From positions 32,001 through 96,000 of the forward strand of contig CAVQUB010000034.1 of assembly GCA_963716725.1 (NCBI GenBank): a stretch of DNA of 64,000 bases. Reading direction: 5' to 3'. Shown here piece by piece: positions 41,583-51,579 of the stretch. Under the pieces are notes generated by a model. The model was not told where the DNA came from. It did no database searches and was given only the letters and a program-made list of their open reading frames with translations. Position 1 is the first letter of the stretch, and every line of letters begins with the position of its first letter. This DNA is from an uncultured delta proteobacterium. GTDB taxonomy: Bacteria; Myxococcota_A; Polyangia; Polyangiales; Polyangiaceae. The translations under genes were made by a program, and so were the position numbers.

Positions 41583-43729
41583 GCGGCCGCCTTCTCCCGC
41601 CCAACGCGCGACATCAGGCGCGACGCCACGAAGAGCAGCAGGAAGATCAGCACCGCGTAGGCCGCGGCGTAGCCGTACTGCGCCTGGCGCGTGAAGGCCC
41701 AGCGGTAGGCCTCGCTCACCAGGATGTCGGTGGTGCCGTCGGGCTCGCCGCCCGAGACGAGGAACACGACGTTGAACATGTTGAAGGTCCAGATGGCGCC
41801 GAGCAGCACCGCGGGCAGCATGGTCGGCACCACCATCGGCAGGGTGACCCTCCAGAGCCGCTGCCAGCGGGTCGCGCCGTCGACCTCGGCGGCCTCGAGC
41901 ACCTCCTTCGGGATCGAGGTCAGCGCGCCGAGCGTGACCACCATCATGAACGGGAAGCCGAGCCACACGTTGGTGGCGAGGTTGGCGGTGAACGCCGTCG
42001 AGAAGTGCGCCAACCACGAGAACGGCTCGACACCCAGCGCCTCGACGATGGCGCTCACCGCACCGAACTGCCGATTGAACATGCCCTTCCACGCCAGCGC
42101 CGTCACGTAGGACGGCACGGCCCATGGGATGATGAGCAACACGCGATACACCGGCTTGAGCGACAGGCTAGGGCGCGACAATAGCAACCCCAGCCCGAAG
42201 CCGATGCCGACGTGCAAGGCGAGATTGGCGACGGTCCAGAGCAGGGTGACGATCAGCACCAGGTAAAACGATCCGCTCGTGAGCAGCGGCCCGCCGCGGG
42301 CCGTCAGGATCTCGACGAAGTTCGCGAGCCCCACGTAGTACATGTCGCCCGTTTGGCCTGCGAAGAGCGACGTGCCGGCGCCGACGACGATGGGCAAGAT
42401 CACCAGCGCGCCCACGCCGATCACGGCGTGAACGACCCAGCCGTAAGCGGGAAGCGATCGGCGCAGCGCAGGGCCGAGCTCACCGCCCCGCAGGCGCGCG
42501 TACAACCAGAAGGCACCGCCCAGGCTCAGCGCGCCGAGCAGCAGCAGCGCGCCGCGTGGCGATCGCCGCGGCGGCGGCGGCCGCACCACGTCGTCGAAGC
42601 GGCGCGCGGCCTCGGTGAGCGCGGCGTCCGGAGCCACGGTCCCGGACAACACCTTCTTGAGGGCGCGCTCGGCCGGCTCCCAGGTCGTGCGCATGCGCGG
42701 CGACGAGGGCATGGGCACGGCGATGGCAGCCTGGGCGGCAAACGCCGCCAAGAACGCATCGTCGCGGGCGCTGGGCGGCAGCACGCTGCGCGCCACCACC
42801 TGGCGGCCGACCCGCGCGCGGATGTCCGCGCCCGCCTCGCCAGCGATGAACGCAAGCAAGCGCTGGGCGCTGGCGCTGTCACGCCCGCGCGGCGTGAGCG
42901 AGGCGGCCTCGACGGTCAAGAACGGACGCATCGGAGCGCCGGCGGCCTCGACCTTGGGCAGCGGCACAACCCGATACTTCAGGCTTGGCCCGACGTCGCT
43001 GGCGAACCACGGCCCGCTGATCGCGGTGGCCGCCTTGCCGGTCTTGAACAGCTCGCCGACCACCGCTCCCGAGGCCTCTTCGGGCACGACCCCCGCGCGC
43101 ATCAAGCGCTGCACGAGCTCCAGGGATCGCACGCCGGCCTCGCCGCGAAACCCGAAGCTCTCGTCGGGCGCCAGCTGCGCTCCGCCAAAGGCGTGCAGCA
43201 GCGCCGCGTGGAAGTACATGTTGCGCGTCTCGTAGGCGAGCGGCACGACGCCCGCGGGCAGCTGCAACCGCCCCAAGCCCTCGAGCGTGGGCGGCACCTC
43301 CGCGACCAGGGATTCGTTGACGTAGAGCGCCAGACACTTGAGCGCGAGCGGCAGGCCGCGCAGACCCGCGGGCGAGGTCAGCGCTTCGAGCGCGCGATCA
43401 GGGAACTCACCCGACCCGGCGAAATTCCGCGGGATCACCGCGACGACCCCGCGCTCCTCGAGATCGCCGATGCGCTCGTGGGAGTCGATGAACAAATGCG
43501 GCCCGTGCCCCCGCGGAACCGCCGCCGTCAGCTTGGCGGCGTAGGCGTCGTGGGGCACTTGCAGCGCCTCGACCTTCACGCCCTCTCGCTTCCCGAACTC
43601 AGCGAGCACCTGTTCGAGCGCGGTCTTCTCGTCGCCGCGGTAGGCATGCCAGACCGCGAGGGTCTCCTCTGCCCGCGCGCTCGACGCCACGCTCAGGAAG
43701 AGCAGTAGCAGCAGCAGGATCCGCTTCAT
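41579..43729 (-). CDS. Fused sugar ABC substrate-binding protein plus MalF-like permease
   Basis: Signal peptide MKRILLLLLLFLSVASSARA; SBP motifs (WHAY, GPHLFIDSHE, ISGPW); then LLIIPWAVP, WLGFPFMM and EAAEVDGA in one frame. Confidence 0.88.
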   Translation of the reverse strand: MKRILLLLLLFLSVASSARAEETLAVWHAYRGDEKTALEQVLAEFGKREGVKVEALQVPHDAYAAKLTAAVPRGHGPHLFIDSHERIGDLEERGVVAVIPRNFAGSGEFPDRALEALTSPAGLRGLPLALKCLALYVNESLVAEVPPTLEGLGRLQLPAGVVPLAYETRNMYFHAALLHAFGGAQLAPDESFGFRGEAGVRSLELVQRLMRAGVVPEEASGAVVGELFKTGKAATAISGPWFASDVGPSLKYRVVPLPKVEAAGAPMRPFLTVEAASLTPRGRDSASAQRLLAFIAGEAGADIRARVGRQVVARSVLPPSARDDAFLAAFAAQAAIAVPMPSSPRMRTTWEPAERALKKVLSGTVAPDAALTEAARRFDDVVRPPPPRRSPRGALLLLGALSLGGAFWLYARLRGGELGPALRRSLPAYGWVVHAVIGVGALVILPIVVGAGTSLFAGQTGDMYYVGLANFVEILTARGGPLLTSGSFYLVLIVTLLWTVANLALHVGIGFGLGLLLSRPSLSLKPVYRVLLIIPWAVPSYVTALAWKGMFNRQFGAVSAIVEALGVEPFSWLAHFSTAFTANLATNVWLGFPFMMVVTLGALTSIPKEVLEAAEVDGATRWQRLWRVTLPMVVPTMLPAVLLGAIWTFNMFNVVFLVSGGEPDGTTDILVSEAYRWAFTRQAQYGYAAAYAVLIFLLLFVASRLMSRVGREKAAA

Positions 43730-44523
43730 TTCGCGCGGCCCGAACGCTTCATGGCGGCAGAGAGAAAGGAGGTCACGAGCCCTCGCGGAGCAAACTTGCT
43801 GAGCACGCTCTGGACTCGGTTGACCGCTCCCGGAACGAAGACCGCGTCGCCCGTGGCGTAGGCAGCGATCGCCCGCTCGGCGGTCTCTTGGGCGCTCATC
43901 GCGGCGATGCGCTCCACCCCGGGCTCGATGCGAGCGGCAGCCTGGAAGCCAGTGGGCACCGGCCCCGGGCACAGCGCCGTGATGGTCACACCGCTGCCCT
44001 CGACCTCCTTGGCTAGCGCTGCCGAGAAGCTCAAGACAAATGCCTTGGTCGCGCCGTACACCGCCATGTACGGCATGGGCTGGAAGGCCGCGGTCGACGC
44101 CACGTTGAGCACTCCGCCGCGACGCCTTTCGATCATCGCCGGCAAGAAATGGCGCGCGAGCACCACTACCGCCTCGCAGTTGAGCCGCACCATCTCGTCG
44201 AGTTTGGGTGCGTCGCTGCGCGCAAAGGCTCCGGCGTCACCGAAGCCAGCGTTGTTCACCAGGTGATCGATGGGCACGCCCAGCGCGTCCACGTCGGCAG
44301 CCAAGCTCTCGGCCCCGCCCGGTCGGGCGAGATCCGCCACCACCACCAGCACCCCAACGCGGCTCTTCTCACTGATCTCACTGGCCAGGGCGTCGAGCTT
44401 GTCCTTCGAACGCGCGGTGAGCACCAGGCTGGCTCCGCGGGCCGCGAGCTGTCGGGCGAGCTCGGCGCCGATGCCCGACGAAGCACCGGTGACGAGGGCG
44501 CGAGTTCCAAAGAAGCCTTCCAT
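43726..44523 (-). CDS. SDR-family oxidoreductase
   Basis: TGASSGIG, NNAG, YGATK. Confidence 0.92.
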   Translation of the reverse strand: MEGFFGTRALVTGASSGIGAELARQLAARGASLVLTARSKDKLDALASEISEKSRVGVLVVVADLARPGGAESLAADVDALGVPIDHLVNNAGFGDAGAFARSDAPKLDEMVRLNCEAVVVLARHFLPAMIERRRGGVLNVASTAAFQPMPYMAVYGATKAFVLSFSAALAKEVEGSGVTITALCPGPVPTGFQAAARIEPGVERIAAMSAQETAERAIAAYATGDAVFVPGAVNRVQSVLSKFAPRGLVTSFLSAAMKRSGRAK

Positions 44524-44527
44524 CTGC

Positions 44528-45631
44528 TCACTCGTCCGTGTTCCAGAGCGCGCGCCCGCTCTCGCGATCGAAGACGTGCACGTGGTCGGCCGCGATGCCC
44601 AGGGCGAGCTCGAAGCCGCGGGCCGGCCGCGACGCTCCGGGCAAACGCGCCACGAACTCGGATCCTCCGACGCGACAGTGAGCGAATGACTCGGTGCCCA
44701 GGGCTTCGAGCACCTCGACGACCGCGCGGATCTCTCCGGCGCTCTCCTCGCCTAGCTCCTCGGGCGGCGCTACGTCATGCGGGCGAAGTCCCAGCACGAC
44801 CTTACCGCCTCGGGGTGAGTCGCCCAGCGAGCCGGCTCCGAGCCGCAAGCTGACGCCCGGAGCGCTGAGGACCCAGCGGCCCGCCTGCTGCTCGAGCTCG
44901 GCGTCGATGAAGTTCATGGCGGGGCTGCCCAAGAAGGCCGCCACGAAGCGCGTGGCTGGCCGCGCGTACACCTCGAGCGGCGGCCCGGACTGCTCCACGC
45001 GGCCCTTGTTGAGCACGAAGATGCGGTCGGCGAGCGTCATGGCTTCGACTTGATCGTGGGTGACGTACACGCTGGTCGCGCCAATGCGGTCGTGCAGCTT
45101 GCGTATGTCGACCCGCACCTGGGCGCGCAGCGCCGCGTCGAGGTTCGACAGCGGCTCGTCGAAGAGAAAGACCTGAGCGCGGCGCACGATGGCCCGACCC
45201 ATGGCGACACGCTGCCGTTGCCCGCCCGAGAGCTGACGCGGAAAGCGCGCGAGCAGCTGCCCCAAGCCGAGCATCTCGCTGGCCTCGGCGATACGCTTCT
45301 CGATCTCGTCCTTGGCCGTCTTGCGGAGCTCGAGCCCAAAGGCGAGATTGTCGCGCACGGTCAGGTGCGGGTAGAGCGCGTACGACTGAAAGACCATGGC
45401 GATGTCGCGGTCGCGCGGCGCCAGCCGGGTGACGTCCTTGTCGCCGAAGCGGATGCTGCCCCCATCGGTCTCTTCGAGGCCGGCGATGAGCCGGAGCAGC
45501 GTGGACTTGCCGCAGCCGGAGGGTCCAACCAACACCGCGAAGCCTCCATCCGGCACGTCGATATCCACCCCGGACAAGACGCGGGTCTGCCCAAAGTGCT
45601 TCTCGACGCCGCGAATCGTCACGGAGGCCAC
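44528..45631 (-). CDS. Sugar ABC transporter ATP-binding protein (MalK/UgpC family)
   Basis: GPSGCGKST, MVFQSYALYPH, LSGGQRQR, DEPLSNLD, YVTHDQ, TOBE-like C-terminus. Confidence 0.95.
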   Translation of the reverse strand: MASVTIRGVEKHFGQTRVLSGVDIDVPDGGFAVLVGPSGCGKSTLLRLIAGLEETDGGSIRFGDKDVTRLAPRDRDIAMVFQSYALYPHLTVRDNLAFGLELRKTAKDEIEKRIAEASEMLGLGQLLARFPRQLSGGQRQRVAMGRAIVRRAQVFLFDEPLSNLDAALRAQVRVDIRKLHDRIGATSVYVTHDQVEAMTLADRIFVLNKGRVEQSGPPLEVYARPATRFVAAFLGSPAMNFIDAELEQQAGRWVLSAPGVSLRLGAGSLGDSPRGGKVVLGLRPHDVAPPEELGEESAGEIRAVVEVLEALGTESFAHCRVGGSEFVARLPGASRPARGFELALGIAADHVHVFDRESGRALWNTDE

Positions 45632-45708
45632 GGGAGGTGGACGATATAGGAAATCGCTCCGCGTTAGGAGCTTGCCCATCGGCGGCGCCAAGGCTAACGG
45701 AGCCGAAG

Positions 45709-46473
45709 ATGCCCACCTACCGGCTGATCACGCTGGGGCCGAGTCACTACTGTGAGAAGGCTCGCTGGGCGCTCGAGCGCTGTCGGGTCCCCTTCGAAGA
45801 AGAGCCCCACGTCCCCCTCGCGCACTCGATCTTCACGCGTCGGGCCGGTGGGCGTCGCACGGTCCCGGTCTTGGTGACCGACAGCGGGACCTTCGCGGAC
45901 TCGACGGACATCTTGGAGCTCTGCGATCGCCAAGTGAGCGGCGCGCTCTACGGCAGCGGCGAAGCGCGCCGTCAAGCCCGCGATCTCGAGGAGCACTTCG
46001 ACGAGAAGCTCGGTCCTCACAGCCGGCGCCTGGTGTACTTCCACCTGCTCGGGGACAAGGCCCTGATGCTGAGCGCATTCCAACCGGGCGCGAGTCGCGC
46101 CGAGCAGACCGCATTGAGCGTCGGCTTCGCTCCGCTGACCGCCCTCATGCGAAAGAGCATGAAGATCGATCGCGAAGGCGCGGCGCGTTCCCGCGACTAC
46201 TCGCTCGCCATCTTTCGGGAGGTGGGCGCGCGCATGTCCGATGGCCGCCGCTACCTCACCGGCGATCGCTTCACCGCGGCCGATCTGACCTTCGCCGCCC
46301 TGGCGGCGCCGCTGGTGCTGCCGCCCGAATACGGCTGGCCGCTACCCGCCCTCGATCGTCTCGCCGCCGGCATGCAGTCCGAGGTCCGCCACTTCCGCGA
46401 CACGGTCGGAGGCGAGCTCGTGCTGCGTCTCTATCGCGAAGACCGCAAGCAAGTCATCGCCATCGGTGGCTGA
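45709..46473 (+). CDS. Glutathione S-transferase family protein
   Basis: SHYCEKARW, TVPVL, DSTDI, YLTGDRFTAADL. Confidence 0.88.
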   Translation: MPTYRLITLGPSHYCEKARWALERCRVPFEEEPHVPLAHSIFTRRAGGRRTVPVLVTDSGTFADSTDILELCDRQVSGALYGSGEARRQARDLEEHFDEKLGPHSRRLVYFHLLGDKALMLSAFQPGASRAEQTALSVGFAPLTALMRKSMKIDREGAARSRDYSLAIFREVGARMSDGRRYLTGDRFTAADLTFAALAAPLVLPPEYGWPLPALDRLAAGMQSEVRHFRDTVGGELVLRLYREDRKQVIAIGG

Positions 46474-46485
46474 CGACGCCTCGCC

Positions 46486-47571
46486 TCAGCGCCCGATCGA
46501 TTGCTGCCTGAGCCAGTGGTCCGCCAAGACGATGGCCATCATGGCCTCGGCGACGGGCACGAAGCGCGGCAGCAGACAGGGATCGTGGCGCCCGGTGGTC
46601 CGAATCGTGGTCGGCTCGCCCGCGCGATTCACGGTCGCCTGCTCCCGCGGCAGGCTGCTGGTGGGCTTGAGCGCGGCGCGCAGCACGATGGGCATCCCGC
46701 TCGAGATCCCGCCCAGCATGCCGCCGTGCCGATTGCTCGCGGTCGCGACGCGGTCGCCGTTCGCGACGAACAGGTCGTTGTGCTCGCTGCCGCGCAGCGT
46801 CGCCGCCGCAAAGCCCGAGCCGTATTCGACGCCGACCACCGCGGGGATCGAGAACAGCGCTTTGGCGAAGTCCGCCTTCAGCTTGTCGAAGACCGGCTCG
46901 CCGAGCCCGGCGGGAACGCCGGTGGCCACCAGCTCGGCCACGCCGCCGATGGAGTCCTGGTCCTTGCGCACCGCCTCGATCAACGCCTGCATCCTCGACG
47001 CCGCCGCCGGGTCGGGACAGCGCACGGCGTTCGACTCGACGGCTTCGAGGCTGACGCTCGCGGGGTCGTCGACAGTCGCAACCACGTCGCCGACCCGCAC
47101 CACGTAGCCGATCACCCGCCCGCCAAACGCCGTGGCGCAGAGCTTCTTGGCGATGGCGCCGGCCGCCACCCGCGCCACCGTCTCGCGCGCGCTGGCGCGC
47201 CCGCCGCCGCGATGATCGCGGACGCCGTACTTGGCGTCGTAGGTGTAGTCGGCGTGACCCGGCCGGTACTTGTCGCGGATCGCGTCGTAGTCCTCGCTCT
47301 TCTGATCTTGGTTGCGGATCAAAACGGCGATGGGCGTGCCCGTGGTCACGCCCTCGAACACGCCGGACAAGATTTCGGGCTCGTCGGCCTCGAGTCGCTG
47401 CGAGACGATGCGGCTTTGGCCGGGCCGCCGCCGCGCGAGATCGACCCTGAGGTCCTCGACGTCGAGCGGCAGCCCCGGCGGGCAGCCGTCGACGATCACC
47501 ACGTTGGCGGGACCGTGGGACTCGCCGGCGGTGGTGACGACGAAGCGCTCTCCGATGCTATTGCCAGACAC
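46486..47571 (-). CDS. aroC: Chorismate synthase
   Basis: GESHG, RRRPG, RPGHAD, RASARET, GGMLGGISSG, KPTSS, GRHDPC. Confidence 0.96.
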   Translation of the reverse strand: MSGNSIGERFVVTTAGESHGPANVVIVDGCPPGLPLDVEDLRVDLARRRPGQSRIVSQRLEADEPEILSGVFEGVTTGTPIAVLIRNQDQKSEDYDAIRDKYRPGHADYTYDAKYGVRDHRGGGRASARETVARVAAGAIAKKLCATAFGGRVIGYVVRVGDVVATVDDPASVSLEAVESNAVRCPDPAAASRMQALIEAVRKDQDSIGGVAELVATGVPAGLGEPVFDKLKADFAKALFSIPAVVGVEYGSGFAAATLRGSEHNDLFVANGDRVATASNRHGGMLGGISSGMPIVLRAALKPTSSLPREQATVNRAGEPTTIRTTGRHDPCLLPRFVPVAEAMMAIVLADHWLRQQSIGR

Positions 47572-47647
47572 CGGCGCCGAGCATAGGGCCCAACCTGCGC
47601 GGTTGCCAACGCGCCCGACCTCTCCCGACGTGTGGCATAATGGCAGC

Positions 47648-47854
47648 GTGAAGCCGGAAGCGCTGACCGCCCAAGAACTGGCGTGGCTCGAGGCCGACGA
47701 GGCCCTCTGGCGGCGCGCACACGCGATCGTCGAACGGCATCCGGCGCTCGACCTGACGGACGTGTACCACACGCTCAAGAATTTCCAGCGCACGCCCGCC
47801 CAGCGCCTGCAGCGAGGACTCGCCTATGGCCGAGCTGGCGCTCAGCGAACCTGA
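47648..47854 (+). CDS. Small protein, partner of the nucleotidyltransferase
   Basis: 68 aa, TPAQRL motif; overlaps the NTase start; TGnCATAAT ends 6 nt upstream. Confidence 0.6.
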   Translation: MKPEALTAQELAWLEADEALWRRAHAIVERHPALDLTDVYHTLKNFQRTPAQRLQRGLAYGRAGAQRT

Positions 47855-48308
47855 GCGCCGGCTGCTGCAGGAGCTGAACCAGCGCGGCGTCCGCTATCTG
47901 GTGGTGGGCATGAGTGCGGCACTGCTCCAAGGCGCGCGCGGTCTTACCGAAGACATCGACTTGTGGTTCGAAGACCTGTCCGATTTGCAGATCGGCGACG
48001 CGGTCCGCGCCGCCGGTGGGATCTGGGCGTCGGGGTCGTTTGGAATGCGTCCTCCAGCAATCGGCGGTGACGCACTGGAGGATCGTTTCGACGTGGTCAC
48101 CCACTGCCACGGGCTGGCGGATTTCATCGTTGAGCTCGAGTCGGCGGTCTCCGTCAGCGTGGAAGGCGTAGAGCTGAAGTTGCTTCCTCTGGAGCGCATC
48201 GTAGCGAGCAAGCGTGCAGCGAACCGTCCGAAGGACGTGGCCGCATTGCCCGCGCTCGAGACGGCCCTCGCGGTCAGGCGGGAGCTCGAGCTGAACGCCG
48301 AGACCTGA
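47826..48308 (+). CDS. Nucleotidyltransferase-fold protein (putative toxin-antitoxin component)
   Basis: VGMSAALLQG..LTEDIDLW; C-terminal SKRAANRPKD. Confidence 0.8.
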   Translation: MAELALSEPERRLLQELNQRGVRYLVVGMSAALLQGARGLTEDIDLWFEDLSDLQIGDAVRAAGGIWASGSFGMRPPAIGGDALEDRFDVVTHCHGLADFIVELESAVSVSVEGVELKLLPLERIVASKRAANRPKDVAALPALETALAVRRELELNAET

Positions 48309-48378
48309 TCTCGCTCACGCCACAGCGCCGACACGCGGCATAGGGCCGCACCAAAGTTCGTGCTAGAGGGTCCGCGTC

Positions 48379-49542
48379 ATGACCCACCCCGCACTGACCC
48401 AGTTGTCCGAAGAAGAGCGCATGTTCAAAGACGCCGTGCTCGCGTTCGCGCGCGAGCGGGTCGCGCCCAAGGTCCACGAGATGGACCGCGCCGGCGCGGT
48501 CGACAAGTCGTTGATCTCAGGACTCTTCGAGCTGGGCGTGATGGCCGTGGAGGTGCCAAGCGAGTACGGCGGCGCCGAGAGCTCGTTCTTCAACGCCATC
48601 CTCGCGGTCGAGGCCCTCGCCATCGTCGATCCGAGCATCTCGGTGTTCGTGGACGTGCAGAACACGCTGGTGAACAACTGCATCCTGCGTTGGGGCAACC
48701 CCGAGCAGAAGCAGCGCACCTTGCCCAAGATGGCCAGCGAGTGGGTCGGCTCCTACGCTCTCAGCGAAGCGGGCTCGGGCTCCGACGCCTTTGCGCTCAA
48801 GACCAAGGCCGAAAAGCGCGGCGACAAGTGGCTGCTCAACGGCAAGAAGCTCTGGATCACCAACGGCGCCGAGAGCTCGCTTTTCATTGTCTTCGCCAAC
48901 ACCGACTTCAGCAAAGGCTACAAGGGCATCACCGCCTTCTTGGTCGAGCGCGATCAGAAGGGCTTCAGCGTCGGCAAGAAGGAAGACAAGCTCGGCATTC
49001 GCGCCTCCAGCACCACCGAGCTCGTGCTCGAAGACTGCGAGGTCGGCCCGGAGAACGTCTTGGGCGACGTCGGCGTCGGCTACAAGATCGCCATCGAGAC
49101 CCTCAACGAGGGTCGCATCGGCATCGGCGCGCAGATGCTCGGCCTGGCAGAAGGCGCCCTCGACCACGCGATGAAGCACATGGTGGAGCGCAAGCAGTTC
49201 GGCAAATCCATCGCGGAGTTTCAGGGCATGGAGTTCCAGTACGCCCAGATGGCGACCGAGATCGAGGCCGCCAAGCTGATGGTCTACAACGCCGCGCGCC
49301 TGAAGGACGCCGGCCAACCCTTCGTCAAGGAAGCGGCCATGGCCAAGCTCTTGTCGTCCCAGGTGGCCGAGCGCAGCGCCAGCCTCGCCGTCGAGCTGAT
49401 GGGCGGCGTCGGCTTCACCAAGGAGTACCCGGTCGAGAAGCTGTTCCGCGACTCGAAGATCGGGAAGATCTACGAAGGCACCAGCAACATGCAGCTGGCG
49501 ACCATCGCCAAGATCGTGCGATCGGCCTACGCGAGCGGGTGA
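48379..49542 (+). CDS. Acyl-CoA dehydrogenase (short/branched-chain type)
   Basis: ALSEAGSGSD, NGKKLWITN, KLGIRASST, RKQFGK, KIYEGTSN. Confidence 0.95.
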   Translation: MTHPALTQLSEEERMFKDAVLAFARERVAPKVHEMDRAGAVDKSLISGLFELGVMAVEVPSEYGGAESSFFNAILAVEALAIVDPSISVFVDVQNTLVNNCILRWGNPEQKQRTLPKMASEWVGSYALSEAGSGSDAFALKTKAEKRGDKWLLNGKKLWITNGAESSLFIVFANTDFSKGYKGITAFLVERDQKGFSVGKKEDKLGIRASSTTELVLEDCEVGPENVLGDVGVGYKIAIETLNEGRIGIGAQMLGLAEGALDHAMKHMVERKQFGKSIAEFQGMEFQYAQMATEIEAAKLMVYNAARLKDAGQPFVKEAAMAKLLSSQVAERSASLAVELMGGVGFTKEYPVEKLFRDSKIGKIYEGTSNMQLATIAKIVRSAYASG

Positions 49543-49717
49543 GCGGCGCGACGCGCGTGAAGAACAGCGGCCTCCTCGGCGGCGCGACGCGCCGCGGGTC
49601 GGGGTCTTCGCCGAGCCTACACAGAAAGCGCGTCGCCGTCCGGGCGGCCGAGGCGGCGAATCGCGGGTCAGCCGCGGCCTCCGCCAAGGTCCCAGCGATG
49701 GCGATGCCAGTCCTCCG

Positions 49718-50425
49718 TTAGAATTTGGGCGGGATCGAGCATTGTCTGGATTCGGTGCGCTTGAGCGCGAGTGTGTAGCGACGGCCGTCGAAGCGCCACT
49801 CCTCGACGGTGCTGCGCGGACAGCAAGCCTGCATGCAGCCATGGGGACCAGCCAAGTCGAACAGGCCCCCGTGCAGCTTGGTCAGCGGGTAGAGGTGGGA
49901 TTTCGTAACGATCTCTCCGACGAAGTGACCGCACTTCCCTCGCAGCACGTAGGCGTACGACCGGCGCGTCGTCACCCAAGCACCCCCATTGAGGATCAGA
50001 TCCGCGTTGCCGTCGCCGTCGAGATCCAGATCGGATGTCAACACGCTCACCCTGCCGCCGCCCCCCGGCGCGTCCGGGCCGAGGGCACTCAGCCGACGGT
50101 CGCCGTCGGTGATGGGATCGACGCAGGGACCGCTGGGTCGGAACGTAACTTTTCTCGGCGCGGGTGGCGTTTCCGCGGCGGCATCCCCGGCCGACGCGCT
50201 GGCCTCCGCACCGGCGTCGCTGCCGAGTACCGCGCCGGAGTCGGGCGTCGCTGCCGTCGCGTCCGGGGGATCGATCGGGGGGGACTCGGCGGGCGCGGCG
50301 GGTCGTGACGGGGGGCTCGGCGGCGGTGTCTCGATCGGTCCCTCCGTCGCGGCACACGACAGCAGGGTGAAGGTTAGTGAAAGCAGCGCTCGTGCACGCG
50401 TCACGGGGTCAAGGTGCACGGACAC
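49718..50425 (-). CDS. Hypothetical lipoprotein
   Basis: LLSC lipobox, Pro/Ala-rich linker, DLDGDG motif, several Cys. Confidence 0.6.
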   Translation of the reverse strand: MSVHLDPVTRARALLSLTFTLLSCAATEGPIETPPPSPPSRPAAPAESPPIDPPDATAATPDSGAVLGSDAGAEASASAGDAAAETPPAPRKVTFRPSGPCVDPITDGDRRLSALGPDAPGGGGRVSVLTSDLDLDGDGNADLILNGGAWVTTRRSYAYVLRGKCGHFVGEIVTKSHLYPLTKLHGGLFDLAGPHGCMQACCPRSTVEEWRFDGRRYTLALKRTESRQCSIPPKF

Positions 50426-50586
50426 GCGGCATCAGTCCAGCGATCGCGGCCCGGACTTTGGCACGCCTTGCGGGCATGCCATGCCGGGGTACCGAGCGTG
50501 GACCACGGATTTTGCGTCGAGCTGCCAGGGGAGGTGGGGCGCGAAGTCGCCCCGCCCCGTGGGCATGACGCGGTGGGAGGTCGACG

Positions 50587-51450
50587 ATGAACGCGCCGGC
50601 GCTTGCGACAGCCATCGAAGGAATGGCCCGCCACCTGAACGCGGGCCTGGTGAACGAACCGGTGCAGGTGCTGCTGGTGCCGGAGGCGCGCTACCTGCGG
50701 CTGAGCGCCCGGTGGATCTCGGGGGAGCTCGCGGTCGACGCCTGCGTGGCGGCGACTCCCCACGATGCGGGGACCTGTCAGACGCTGCTGCGAGGCGATC
50801 CGGCGGCGGTGCGCCAGCAATTGGTGGCCGCCGGGCTGCTCGATCGCCTCGGCGGGCTTGCCCACGAGCTCATGCGATCCGCTGCGTGGACGGATCAGAT
50901 GCTCTTGCCCCGCGCTCATACGGCGCCCGGCCGACCCAGTGACGCCACGTTGAAGGCGCAACGGCTCGCGGTGCGCGAGGCGCTCGAGCGAGAGATCGCG
51001 CTGTCGCAGCCCTGGCAGATCAGCGTGTCACCACCGCTCCCAGAGGCGTGGCCAATGGTCCTGGGGGTGCAGTTGTCGAGTTATGCAACGGCAACGGCGA
51101 CGCGCTCGACCTCGAGCGGTCCGACCCTCTTCGAACACACGGAGCTGCTGGCCCGGGCCACCCACGATCCATCGTGCCAAGCCGCCCCGCAGGTGCGACG
51201 GCTCGCAGCCCAGGTCGGGTTGGCGGGTACCGCGAGCGCAGTTCCGCTGATGGGTTCGGAGCTCACTGCCGTCCAGGCGCTGCCGCCGTTGGACACCTGC
51301 TGGGCCGGCATCGCCCTCGGTATTCCCGACGCCGAGCTCCCGTCCACGCTGCGAACACACCTTCGATTTCAGAAGCGTTGCGCGGCGTGGCTTTGGGAGC
51401 GCCTGCGCCCGCTCCACCAGGATTTGTTCGCCTGGATCGAATCGGGCTAG
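50587..51450 (+). CDS. Hypothetical protein
   Basis: GGAGG RBS and a 287-aa ORF; no motif recognised. Confidence 0.55.
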   Translation: MNAPALATAIEGMARHLNAGLVNEPVQVLLVPEARYLRLSARWISGELAVDACVAATPHDAGTCQTLLRGDPAAVRQQLVAAGLLDRLGGLAHELMRSAAWTDQMLLPRAHTAPGRPSDATLKAQRLAVREALEREIALSQPWQISVSPPLPEAWPMVLGVQLSSYATATATRSTSSGPTLFEHTELLARATHDPSCQAAPQVRRLAAQVGLAGTASAVPLMGSELTAVQALPPLDTCWAGIALGIPDAELPSTLRTHLRFQKRCAAWLWERLRPLHQDLFAWIESG

Positions 51451-51579
51451 CGCATCGATTCCGTGGAATCGGGGCACTGGGCGAGGCCAATGCAAACAGC
51501 TGGCAGGTCGTGGAGGGGCGCGCAGGATTGCCGATCGGGTGTTGGAGCGGCTCGCACGATGTGCTCGAGTGGGTTCGCG

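Noticed and set aside
50458..50472. TGGCACGCCTTGC as a sigma54 promoter
   Set aside because: GG-to-GC spacing is 8 nt, not the required 10.
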